From Gordius albopunctatus (taxonomy: Eukaryota), in NCBI GenBank assembly GCA_964276515.1, contig OZ193909.1, forward strand, positions 13,702,001-13,766,000: a stretch of 64,000 nt of DNA. Reading direction: 5' to 3'. This document shows positions 1 to 11,730 of the stretch, in pieces. The position numbers and the translations under genes were made by a program. The notes under the pieces were generated by a model. It saw only the letters and a list, made by a program, of their open reading frames with translations. It was not told the DNA's origin and searched no databases. Within the stretch, counting starts at the first letter, position 1, and each line of letters begins with the position of its first letter.

Positions 1-37
1 GCAAAAAATATCTTCAATAAATTTTTGGTCAAATTAG

Positions 38-3000
38 GGAGAACATGTATGGAAATATGTTACGGGATTAAGGATCCGATTGGAAGAGATTGGTATTTGC
101 AAACTCAAGGAATACGAATTCCCTCTCATACAAAGGCTAGCACTTAATCGACTTAACGAATGGAACCTTTGTAACGATATTTCGCTGCGATACGACCTTC
201 GAAGTACAGAATTAAAATTAGTTGCTTTACATTTTAAAAAAATATCTAAAATTTCAATGTTTTTATAGGGTTGGTGTTGAGAAACATTTTAAATAATTGT
301 CATTAATTAAATTAAAAGATAAAAATAGCTAAAATTTTGATTTCAGGGGGGGGGAAATATTTGGTCGATCATGATTTTTTATAGTTTTGACTATAAGAGT
401 GTATTTAGGGAATCCTTGCTCCTCCCGATCTAGCCATGTCCAAAGAAAATTTTTTTAATCTATAGATGTGGTAAACTATTTTCTTTATTCTATAATATAA
501 TCAATACTAAGAAGTAAATGTTATGTATATTATATTTTATTAAGAAATACGCAGTTTATTATTTACCCTGGAGAAAAATACAATTAGGCTTTTAATCCTT
601 ACTAATTTTTAGCCCGATTTTATTTTAAAGGTTTTTGGTTATATAATAAAATATAGAGCAAAAATCAAGTCTCAGCAGTAAATCTTATATTCCTAAAATA
701 GATCCGACAGTATTAAAATTGGTCAAAACGCAACATAGATCAATGGCGAAATTATTCCATAGACGAAGTCGCAGTCAGTTTAGTTTACCTGACATCTTTA
801 AATTCAGGAAAAAAAGTATTTACCTATTTTGTTTTATAATTTTTCATTATATAGAAATTTGTAAAAATTGAATTTATCAAAAAATTTATGTAAAAACAAT
901 GTAAATAAAAAATTTCGCCCGTTTTTTCCTCATATTAAAAACATTTTGTGTAGATAAAATTAGATTTAAACATAAATAAGATGTGACAACTTTGTAATAT
1001 GTAAATTGTAGCTACTAAAAATATACTATTTTTCTTTAAAGTTCGAGCAATAATTGAAAATCAATTAAAATATTGTTTTTATTGTAACAGATAAGAGCTT
1101 AGTTTTTGGTATTTCAATCAGCAAAGCCATGCGATATGACGAACGATTTTACACAGATTCGCGCAAAAATCACCGCCGAAACCATTCACCCTCAGTGAGT
1201 CTAAATAATTCCTTTTATTTATAACTTTTTCTTTGGATAATAAGATTCAAAGGTATGTGTTAACGGCCTATTTTATTTTTATAATTAACATGCCCGCCTG
1301 GGCCCTCCCGAACCCTTCTAAGTGTCCGAAATGTTCGCCCGGCCATGCCCAAATCATTAGGCTGCCAAAACGGGCCGGCTAGAAATAATATATTTCCATT
1401 TTAGCAGTGAATTCGTTGCGTATTCCAAAAGATTTCAATTTAATTTCCGATTACTAAGGACTACTTAATGATGAATATTATACAGTCAAATAAATAATTA
1501 ACAAAATTATACGCGAAAACAAATTTATACACTATATATAAAGATATCTCATTGAGCCTGAATCGCTGTAATCTTGTTATAATGCTTGCCCGAGCCCGTT
1601 CGGAAATTTAAATTTAAGACAGTTGCCCGGTCTAACTCGTTCCGTGGGTCGGGCGGAACTGGCCGGGCAATGGTTCGATCCGGGCTTTTCTAGTCTCGGA
1701 TAAGATTTTGTACTTAGAATAGATTAGTTAACAATATCTTAGGCTCTTTTTTGCACATTTTTTAGTATTATACCATGAACAAAAGGTTCATGCTGTTTTT
1801 TAACCGTTGTTTTAGGAATCGTACAATCATTTTAAATATATATCCTTTATTTTAGCTGACGATTTCTTCCTTGCCCATTCGACTTCATAATGCGAAATCG
1901 GGATATTTTCAGGAATATCCTTCGCTCGAATCGCGGCTAAGTGGATCTTCTGATTTTTTGAAAGCTTCAATCTATAATTTAATCGTCAATTCCAATCTAA
2001 TACCCGATACTGTTGGTAACAAATCTAACGAAAATGATGTTGACAACTCGCGTTTGCCACAGATACCACTATTCGTCCAAAATTGCCTTAAATATTTGGA
2101 GACCAAATGTAAGCCCGCCTCATAGCATCTTAAAACAAATTTGATTCAAATAGTGATTTCAATATAACGAAAAATTTGTTTTTCCTTTATTGTTTTGATG
2201 TGTCAATATATAAATTGCATAGCAATTAATTAAAACCAAGAAAAAAATTTCTAGAAAGTCAAAAATAAGGCTTGAAAAATAGTGATGAGAAAGTGTCCTG
2301 GCATTGTTGCTAGAATGCAAATGTCTAATTAAGTAGCACCTCGAACATTTATATGGGATTTAAAAAGCCCACGTTTAAGATGATGGGTGTTATTTTTATT
2401 ATGGTCATTGATTATATTATTAGACTACCAAGATTTTATAAAAGAGAGAATGGCCCTATGATTTTAAAAATTTTCACTCCTAATTGTCCAATTTTTTTAA
2501 ATTTATAACAATCAAGCTGTCCTCTCGCTTGATTAGGATTCTTAACATGTTGTAATATTACGTAGACAAACATAAATTAGAAATTTCAGAGTTAATATAT
2601 TTCTAAATTAGATTCTTGTTAAATAAACTTAAACTTTTATGAATACTATTGAATGTTTTGTTTACAGGTTTAAACGTTCAAGGCATTTTTCGGGTCAGTT
2701 GTTCAAAAAAGCGGATGAAACAAGTAAATTATCATAAACGAATTTACCAAAAATTGGATAATAATAACATTTTTTAAAATGAACTAATTTAGCTTCGAGA
2801 TGACATTGATTGTGGGAAAAAAGTATATTTATACGATAACCCCAGTCCTCATGACATCGCCGGACTCTTGAAGGAATATTTCCGCGAATTACCGGAACCC
2901 CTTATGACTGACGAACTGCATCAATCCTTCCTATCTACACGAAGTTAGATTTTTTTGCAAATATTTACATTAACAAAATAAGACATTCACGCAGTTTGTA

Positions 3001-6000
3001 ACTTGTCGTGAAAATTTTATTTGAGAAATCGTTAAAATTTAGGAGCATCTTAAACCCAACTATGCTACCTTTAAATTTAACAATCTGGCCGCAGTTCCTT
3101 AGACTATAATATTTCAAGTTTAATATTATAATTTAAAATCTTTATTTTTTCGAATTAATTCAAGTTTCATTAATAAAATCTGTTATGGCAATGTTTTACG
3201 AATAAAATTTTCTTTGTTCCCACAGATATTGAATGTCTTGAAGCTCAAATCAAAGTATTAAATTACCTACTGTGTTTATTAACACCCACAAACCGGAATA
3301 CTTTACAAGCATTGCTTAATTTCCTGTATAAAGTCACTCAACATTCCGCTAACGTCACCAAAGATAATGGCGACATTGTAAATTATTAAAATTTTGCATG
3401 CAGTAGTAAATAACTTCATCATAATAATAGTAATCACAAACGTTTGGTGTACTATATAGTAGGCATAAAGCCATAGATTACATGTTTGATCTTATAAATA
3501 AAAATTAGGTTACTATCACCCACCTTAGATTTAGATCAAAAACAAATATAATATATATTATCGAATGAATTTGAAATAAAAATTGCCTGTATTAAATCTC
3601 TTGAATGTTATATGTTTAAATGATGCATTTACAGGTATATGGCAATAAAATGGACTCTCGGAATTTAGCAGTTATTTTTGGGCCAAATATACTTCACTCT
3701 CACAAACTTCAAAGAGGGGACATAACCAAATATAACCAAGTTATTATGGAAGAACGTAAGGATGCTATCAAAGTCATTCAGTTTATGATCGACAACGTTG
3801 AAAAGTTATTTAAAGTAAAAAAAATCAATTATAACACGATTTATGTGATTATAATATTATGGAAGCGTTATGCCAGAATGATTACTTACATTATATTATC
3901 AATATTTTTGTTTTATGAAATTTGATTTTAATTTGTAACCCCAAGGTTGACGCGGATATGCAAAATGAGTTATACCTTATTCTTAATAATAACAATCCCT
4001 TACTATTGGAAACAAGCTTCAGTGATAGATACCAAATGTTATTGTAAGGCATACATTCTTCATAATATCGATAATAATCATAATGTTTAACACGTATCAA
4101 AACATTTAAATTTGCACTTATACTTGTAGTGTAACAATAATAATGCCAATTTTTTTTTAGAAAAAGCGAAGAAGAAAATATTTGCGAAGAAGATGACGAC
4201 GATGATTTTTTCAAATACAATATTCTTAAACACCAAACCCGTCTTTCAGAAGAAGTGGTTTGTTCGAGATGCTCGACCACTAGCAGAGCACACCGTAGGA
4301 AAGAGTCTTCGCCTTTAAAAAATAATTCGAACGGCGATAGCACGAGTGGTCTGCAGCATTTAAAATCATACTTATCGACTCATGGAATATTTCATAAGCG
4401 GGAAAGTATAGTTTCACAGAATTCCTTTTTTGGGAGTCATCATACATCGCCTGAAGGCTTTAATTTATCGATAGATCCATCCTCATCCGGTTTTAGGGCA
4501 TCCGCATTTACCAGACCACTCGTAATTAATCAGCGCCCAACATTTAAAAACACGTGGGAACTGCCTTTTACTGAACGTAAAGAGGTATATTATGGCAATA
4601 AGACGAGCGCTTTCAAATCGCCCGATACCAATCCGTATGGTTCCTTAACATCTTTGACGAATTCCGATTTGGCAGAAAAGGAGTCATGGTGCCATCTTAA
4701 CCCAACCGAAAATTCCTCGGCTGAAAAGCCTTCCACGACGGAAGAAGCGGAAAGTGCCTATTCTTCCTACGATATACTAAACGCGACAACTCAGCCTCTC
4801 GTTGGTAAGCACGCCATGTGCAGCAAATCTTTAATAACTCCCTATCGATCACTGCACGAGGATAATTATTTATCGGGGGAACCTGTTTTCACAGATCGAT
4901 ATGCTACCAGCAATCGTTCTTTACCTTTATACGCTATTAAACATAATACCCACAATTTTGTATGTAAGCAATGTCATCTTAATATACAACAATGTATCCA
5001 TAATATTCCACAAAGTACTTTACCACCCAAACCACATCATAAGTCATTAGCATTAAATTTTTCGACTAATATATCTGTGCCTGATCAGACTGGTGCAGTT
5101 AATACCGACAAAGAAAAAAACTATTTGAAGCATAGTCTCTCACATTGTCATGAACGGGTTCAAAGCCTGCTGGGATTGGGAAAAATACGTTCTCACTCGG
5201 CTATCCCAGGAGATGATACACCCAAACTAGAGAAAGTTATTAAAGGAAAATTGCACCATTTAAGTTGGAATACTACCCTACTCCCTAACCCTATGGCTAA
5301 ATTAAAAGAGTTTAATGAAACATGCACAACTACCATTAGTCAAAGTTGCCATGAAACTAATTTGACCGTATCATCTGCCTTAACCGGGGCTTCTCCCATT
5401 TTTCTTAGAGCTCCAACTCATTCGCCCTCCAACTTATCTTCCTCTACATGTCTATCTCTAGGCTACGAATCGGGTGGATTAAGTTCGGGACATGATGTTG
5501 GTGCTACTCGTTTGCAAGACAAAAAGAAAGCCTTGATTAAGGGGAAAAATTACATTACTACCAAGTTGCCTTGGCAGATTAAGGTACGCCCCCTAAATAA
5601 AGGCTACATATATGGCTTATCAAGTGCTATAAACCTAAGGCGCGCGGAAGATGTTAAAACATTATCGAACGATATCATTATACCCAAACCTCCACTTCCT
5701 CAAATATGCATTTCTAAACCAAGTGGTGAGATAGGGCACGGTGGGAGTAATTTATCTATGCTGGGAGATGATAACAAAGACACCTCCACTGGCTCACTTA
5801 CCACGACTGAATGTAGTGTGGGCAGTAGTGCGGATCCAAGTTTTGGTGGAACTGCAGAAGATGATGACTTCTACGAACAATCTCGACCTAAAACATGTGA
5901 CGCATTTTGGTGTGATTCACCTTTTTTAACTAATACCGTCGGTTCGTGTGCCGAACTAAGTAAATGCCGAAAATGCGAAAATACAATACGAAGAAGCTTG

Positions 6001-6222
6001 AATACAAGTAGACGTCATACCGAACAGGGGCGGGCACTTAGTGATACAACTAGGATTCAAAGAAGGAAAAGCCTCAAAAGAAGAAGTACCTTGATAAACA
6101 AAATGGGAGATGCCTTACACGTGTCTTTTGATAAAGATGGAATGAAAAATGTGCCTCCTATGATGACTCCCTGTAAGGTTACCTTGAGCGATCGCTATAA
6201 ACCTAAAGAAACGATGGTGTGA
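38..6222 (+). CDS. ARHGAP6: Rho GTPase-activating protein 6-like, 5'-partial. Exons 38-203, 702-815, 1091-1194, 1856-2108, 2668-2723, 2793-2943, 3226-3377, 3635-3814, 3946-4043, 4161-6222
   Basis: GT-AG exons join in consistent phase. RhoGAP motifs: LNVQGIFRVS (Arg finger), HDIAGLLKEYFRELPEPLM, NKMDSRNLAVIFGPNIL. N-terminal GEHVW..RIRL and VFGISIS segments resemble ARHGAP6. Ends ETMV*, a class I PDZ-binding motif like ARHGAP6 ETLV. Confidence 0.85.
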
Positions 6223-7444
6223 TTTAGACATGTTAAATTTAAAAACATTATATGTAAATTCATAATCTTACCAGAACTTATTATACAAATAAATATTCAC
6301 CTAATATTTTATAAAGTGACCTTTACAATTCAAATTACAAAATAAAATTATAAATAAATATTGTCCACTTCATCTAGTTATAGCATATGCGACAATAATC
6401 ATTTAACTCCATTTATCAATACCTATGCATTTTAGATATATTTAGGTTTCTATATTAGGTTATTGAAAATACCAATTTTTAATAATAATTCATATTTCAT
6501 GAAAATTTAGCAGAGTTTTAAAAAAAAATCTGTAATCGGTACTACATTATTAAAAATTTAAGATTTAATGTATCAATTTGGCCAATAGGAGAAAATTTGT
6601 CATATAAATATCAGCCATTAATAAAAAATAATTTGAAGAAAGGTTTAGATAAATTTTATGCATTAATCTTATTCATTTCAAGTAGTTATTACGGCTTAAT
6701 GTATCAATAATCACGACACTTCCGCACATATTTAGTATAAATAGGCCCCACAGATCGTTTACTAATTATCCTTTTAATTAAGTTTTAGGTCTGTTTTTTG
6801 GTGTGCTGATATTAATTTCTTAAATCATTTTTATACAATCATAATTTAAATGCGTTAAGATTATACCAAATACAAAAATTTAAAAAAACACAATATTTTT
6901 GCTTTAATTTAGTTCAAACTAATTTTTTGGGTCATAAATTACAGGTAAGAATTCAAATTTTCTATACCTGTTTGTTTAGGCATCAAGTTTCTTAGAAGGT
7001 AGGAAAAAAAACAAAAAAAACAATTAAATTATCTGTGCGCTATGAGCCGGTATTGAGTTTGTATAATATAAAAATAGATCTGATTACTAACTATTCAAAA
7101 TTTAAATTAAACTATCATTAAATAATAGTATATCACCATTAAACCTAACTTAGTAAGGTGTTAAACTATATTGAAAAGATATAATTTAACGTAAATTAAA
7201 GCATATATATTTTTATAGATGTAGATTTGGCCTAAATGATTGCTTTATATGAATTGTAAAGTAGAGAAATTATCAATGTTATTGAATCCAAAAGAAGCTT
7301 ATAACGATTCCAAAAATCTAATCTAAGATAGATTTTTATCCGTAATTAGTCATAAAAAGAAGTTTGAAGTTTTACACCAATTTTTATTAAATTTTCAGTT
7401 TTTTATCCAACTTAAAATTCTAATCTTACATGATAACAATACAC

Positions 7445-7633
7445 TGAAATATATTAGATATTAACTTATATCTATATTAGATATTAACTTATATCTAGGT
7501 CTCTCTCAATGGTAAGTTTTATTATTCTAATTTAGATCACATGTAACAAAAAAACATATATATATACACAAGGTATATCGAACATAAACGTATTATAATA
7601 AAACGTATATCATACAAATACACAATCATTACA
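7445..7633 (-). repeat. 3' LTR of Gypsy element 1, with an internal 23-bp tandem duplication at 7451-7496
   Basis: Direct repeat of 11442-11630; ATATTAGATATTAACTTATATCT occurs twice. Confidence 0.95.
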
Positions 7634-7645
7634 TTTCTCCTTATC

Positions 7646-10600
7646 TTAAAGATCGTACTCATCATGATACCGTAAAGGCGGTATCGGTCTTCTATTTGAC
7701 CTTCTTAAAGTAGTAGCTTCTAATTGAACCTCCGGTTGCATATTCGGTATGTTACTAACATCGGTTCTATTCTCTGTCGTTGGTATAACTCCAGACCTAT
7801 ATCTAGATCTTAATTGATCCGCGTGTTTTCTACGGAAACCATTATCAGTTCGTACACTATAAGAATGTTCCCCTTTTTGTTCAACAATTACGCCTTTATA
7901 CCAACCGGTTTTTATAGATCACCCGACCTGAATTCCCGAATTTTAATTTTACGATCATGATAAAATTTTTGCTTTGCCACTCTTTCTCTCCATTTATCCC
8001 TAGGATCAAATCGAATTAAATCTATCGCCGTCCTTAATCTTTTTCCCATTAGCATTTCTGATGGGGCTTTACCTGTAGTATTATGAGGCGTATTTCGATA
8101 GGTCAGTAGTATTTGTAGTAGACAGATTTCCTTATTCCTACCTTCTTTCCTTGCAGCATAATATCTAGATTTTAATGTCCGAATTGTTCGTTCTGCTAAT
8201 CCATTTGTTTTCGGATGATAAGGTGAAGAGAATATATGCTTAATGTTATTTTTTGAGCAAAATTTAGCGAATTCACCACCAACAAATTGAGGTCCATTAT
8301 CGGATACAATTTGTGATGGGATACCAAACCTACAAAACCAATACCGTAACTGGCGAATGATTTGTGGTCCTTTAATAGATGTCAACGTGGCGACTTCTAC
8401 CCATTTTGATAAGGCATCAACCAATACTAGCCAATAATTTCCTTCTATTGGTCCCGCTATATCAATATGCACTCTGTCCCAATTTCATTCTGGTAAGGAC
8501 CACGAATATAGAGGTACTTCTGTCTCGGCTGGTCGTACTTCTTGGCAGCCGTCACAGCCTTTTACAAAATATTCAATATCTTTGGCCAACCCAGGCCACC
8601 AAACATAATATCTTGCCAAACTTAACATTCCCGAAATCCCTGGATGACCTTGATGTAATATCTTTAAAACAAGCCTTCGGAGTTTATTCGGTATAATCAA
8701 ACGATTTCCACAACATAATAATCCGTCCTCGAACGATAATTCATCTCTACGATTATAATAATGTCGTAAATCAAATCGACATTTTTTTAAATCGAGTCGC
8801 CATTCCCGTTTAATTGACGAAATTAATTCGCAGCACAACGAATCATGTTTGATCGAGTTTCTTAATGTGTTGTGGTCTAGTTTCAAATCATCCAACATTA
8901 ATAGACTTATGTTATTTATGTGTTTGGTGTCATTATTTGTAGGATTTGGGAGTCTTGATAAGGCATCTGCGCATTGGTTTGATTTACCCGATCTGTATCT
9001 AATTTCATATTGATAGGTATTTAAAAATAACGCCCATCGAACTAATCTGTTATTAACCACTTTAGGTAAATCGCGATTATTTCCAAACAATCGCTCTAAG
9101 GGCTTATGATCCGTCATTAACGTGAATTTCCGTCCCCGTAAATATTGATTAAATTTTTCGACACCATAGACGATCGCTCTAGCTTCCCGATCAATCGTTG
9201 AGTAACGCTTTTAGGCTATAGGTTTTTCCGTACCGTCTAGAAATACATGTCTTAGTATGGCCCCTAAACCCGATTCAGATGCATCTACTGATAAGACTAA
9301 TGGCAAGTCCAACGAATATGGCACTAGTGTATCTGTAGCTGATAAAAGACTTTTTACCTCGTCAAATATCTTTTGTTCTTTATTTGTCCAACGCCATTGA
9401 ACAAGAGACCCGGTGATAGCATGTAGTATTGTGCACTTTTCATGTAGCTGCGGGATAAATTTTTCTTGGTAATTCACCAATCCTAAGAAAGAACGAAGTT
9501 CCTTCTTGTTCGCCGGAATTTTGAAATTTTTTATCGCTTCTACTCTTTCTTCGGTTGGATGGATCCCTGAAGCGTCAATTTTATGGCCCAAGTAAGTTAC
9601 TGATGTTTGAAAGAATTTCACCTTCTCCTTTCTTGCTTTTATCCCAGCATGGTGGATTCTTTGTAATACCTCATTTAAATTTTTCATATGTTCCTGTTCT
9701 GTAGCTCCAGTTACGATGATATCGTCTAATAAAACACCCACGTGAGGTATGCCATCCAATAGATTTTCCATGTAGCGCTGAAATAAATTCGGGGCTATTG
9801 ATAATCCGAATGGTAGTCTTTTATATCTATAATAACCCATATGAGTTGCTATTGTGAGGTAATGTCTTGATTCACTCTCGACCTTCATCTGTAAGTATGC
9901 ATCACGCAAATCAATGACTGTATACTTTTGGCCGCCTGCAATCTTCATAATTAAGTCATCAAAAGTTGGTAGCAAATAATTGTTTAAGGTTAAGTGAGAA
10001 TTTATCGTTACACGAAAATCCCCGCATATCCGAATTGAGCCATTTGACTTAACTACATTTACTATAGGCGTTGCCCATTGAATTGCTGTAACTGATGGGT
10101 CTACCTCTTCAATAACATCTTCATTTAACAATCTTTTTAGTTCATCTTCCACTTTCTTACGCAACGGAAAAGGTACTCTCCGCGCAGGACAAGCTATTGG
10201 CTTTGCTTCTTTCTTCAAAAAAATACATACCTCATAATTCTTTATACAACCCATGGCGTCATTAAATATCTCCCCATGTTTCTCAATCAATGCATTTTCA
10301 GGTTGATAATTAATAGAATTTATTGTAACTTGAATAGGGAGTTTAAAATTAAATGCCTGCATCCAATTTAATCCAAATATTGGTTCCTCTTCCTCATTTG
10401 TAACGATAGCTGGAAGTTTCAATGTCATGTTATTCAATTTTACACAAACTTCAACTTGCCCAGAAATTGACACAGGGTTGTTTCCAAAAGCCTTGATCTT
10501 TTGGCATGTATGTAATTGTGGTTTATTAATACTGTTATATATCTTCCTATTTATTAGGGAAACACAAGATCCAGTGTCATATAACATTTTAACAGTTTTA

Positions 10601-11430
10601 TTGTTGATGACAACATTGATATAAGGTTTGAATTGGGTAATATTGTTAACATCATAAACTATTCTAATAGAATTGATAATATGATTTACCTCTTTTGAAC
10701 TTTTACAAAATTTTGCATAATGATTCTTTTTGTTACATTTATAGCACACCTTGTTATAAGCATCACATCTATTGCTTGGATGTGACTTACCACACCTAGA
10801 ACACTTGCTTATGAAATTTTGTTTGTTTGTAACTCTTTTATCTGTGTATTTAGAATTTGGTGTTTTGTACTTTTGTATTTTGTTTAACTCTTGTGATGTG
10901 TTTAATTCCTTATTAGCTATCTCCATAGATTCAGCTAATTTAAATATATCATCAAAAGATATCACATTCCCAGCATTATTTACACCTTCAGGCCATCGCG
11001 TTCTTACTTGAATTTCTAATGATAAGTTGTGAAGGCCACACAACATTTGATCGCGCTGTCGCTCGTCCAAATTTGTTTTGAAGTTGCAATTTTCTGAAGC
11101 AGATTTTAATCTTGTTACATATTCTGTAAGAGTTTCATCAGGTCTCCTTGTGCAGCTCATAAAAAGGATCCTAGAATGAAAAAGGGTACTTTTATGAGCA
11201 AATACCTTCTTCATCAATTTGATTAATTCCTCATAATCCAAAGATGTAATATAATTAGGATAAGCAAAGTTTATTAGGCATTCCACATTGTTTTGTCCCA
11301 TATACCCAAGTATTATCTTCTTTCTGATGTCCTTGGTAACATTTTTAGCATCCAATATATTTGTAATAGTTAATATATATGTAGAGATATTATCTCCTAC
11401 CTTATATGGTGGTATTGTTCCAATTTCCAT
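7646..11430 (-). pseudogene. gag-pol of Gypsy element 1, disrupted
   Basis: CCHC knuckles, LYDTG protease, LLDDII RT, RNase H, HHCC and DDE integrase. A small deletion creates TAA at 9211-9213; TGA at 8485-8487; deletion with frameshift at ~7912. Confidence 0.93.
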
Positions 11431-11441
11431 TACCGCGCCAA

Positions 11442-11630
11442 TGAAATATATTAGATATTAACTTATATCTATATTAGATATTAACTTATATCTAGGTCTC
11501 TCTCAATTGTAAGTTTTATTATTCTAATTTAGATCACATGTAACAAAAAAACATATATATATACAAAAGTTATATCGAACTTAAACGTATTATAATAAAA
11601 CGTATATCATACAAATACACAATCATTACA
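11442..11630 (-). repeat. 5' LTR of Gypsy element 1
   Basis: Direct repeat of 7445-7633; followed by the PBS on the minus strand. Confidence 0.95.
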
Positions 11631-11730
11631 TACACCAAAAATAATTTTACATAAAATAGTAAACACAGCTGTTTTTTTATCAAATGACTGTTGTGAAAAA
11701 ATAGCGGTAAATTGTAACTTTTAAAAATTT

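Larger units (their letters stand above)
7445..11630 (-). mobile_element. Gypsy/Ty3 LTR retrotransposon 1 (Mag-like), 4186 bp, full length but disrupted
   Basis: 189-bp LTRs (TG...CA) at 7445-7633 and 11442-11630 with 4 mismatches; 5-bp TSD TACAC (7440-7444, 11631-11635); PBS TGGCGCGGTA (11431-11440); PPT AGATAAGGAGAAA next to the 3' LTR; domain order gag-PR-RT-RH-IN. Confidence 0.97.

Noticed and set aside
1290..1700. GC-rich GCCCG/CGGGC clusters (also ~14425-14510 and ~18880-18960) as CpG-island promoters
   Set aside because: They are intronic and resemble decayed hAT subterminal repeats; boundaries and TSDs could not be established.
3891..4343. 150-aa minus-strand ORF
   Set aside because: Antisense shadow of RhoGAP exons and an intron.
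8485..9213. Programmed stop-codon read-through in Gypsy element 1
   Set aside because: The TAA arises from a deletion of conserved RNase H residues and the TGA looks like a CGA-to-TGA change; neither is at the gag-pol boundary.
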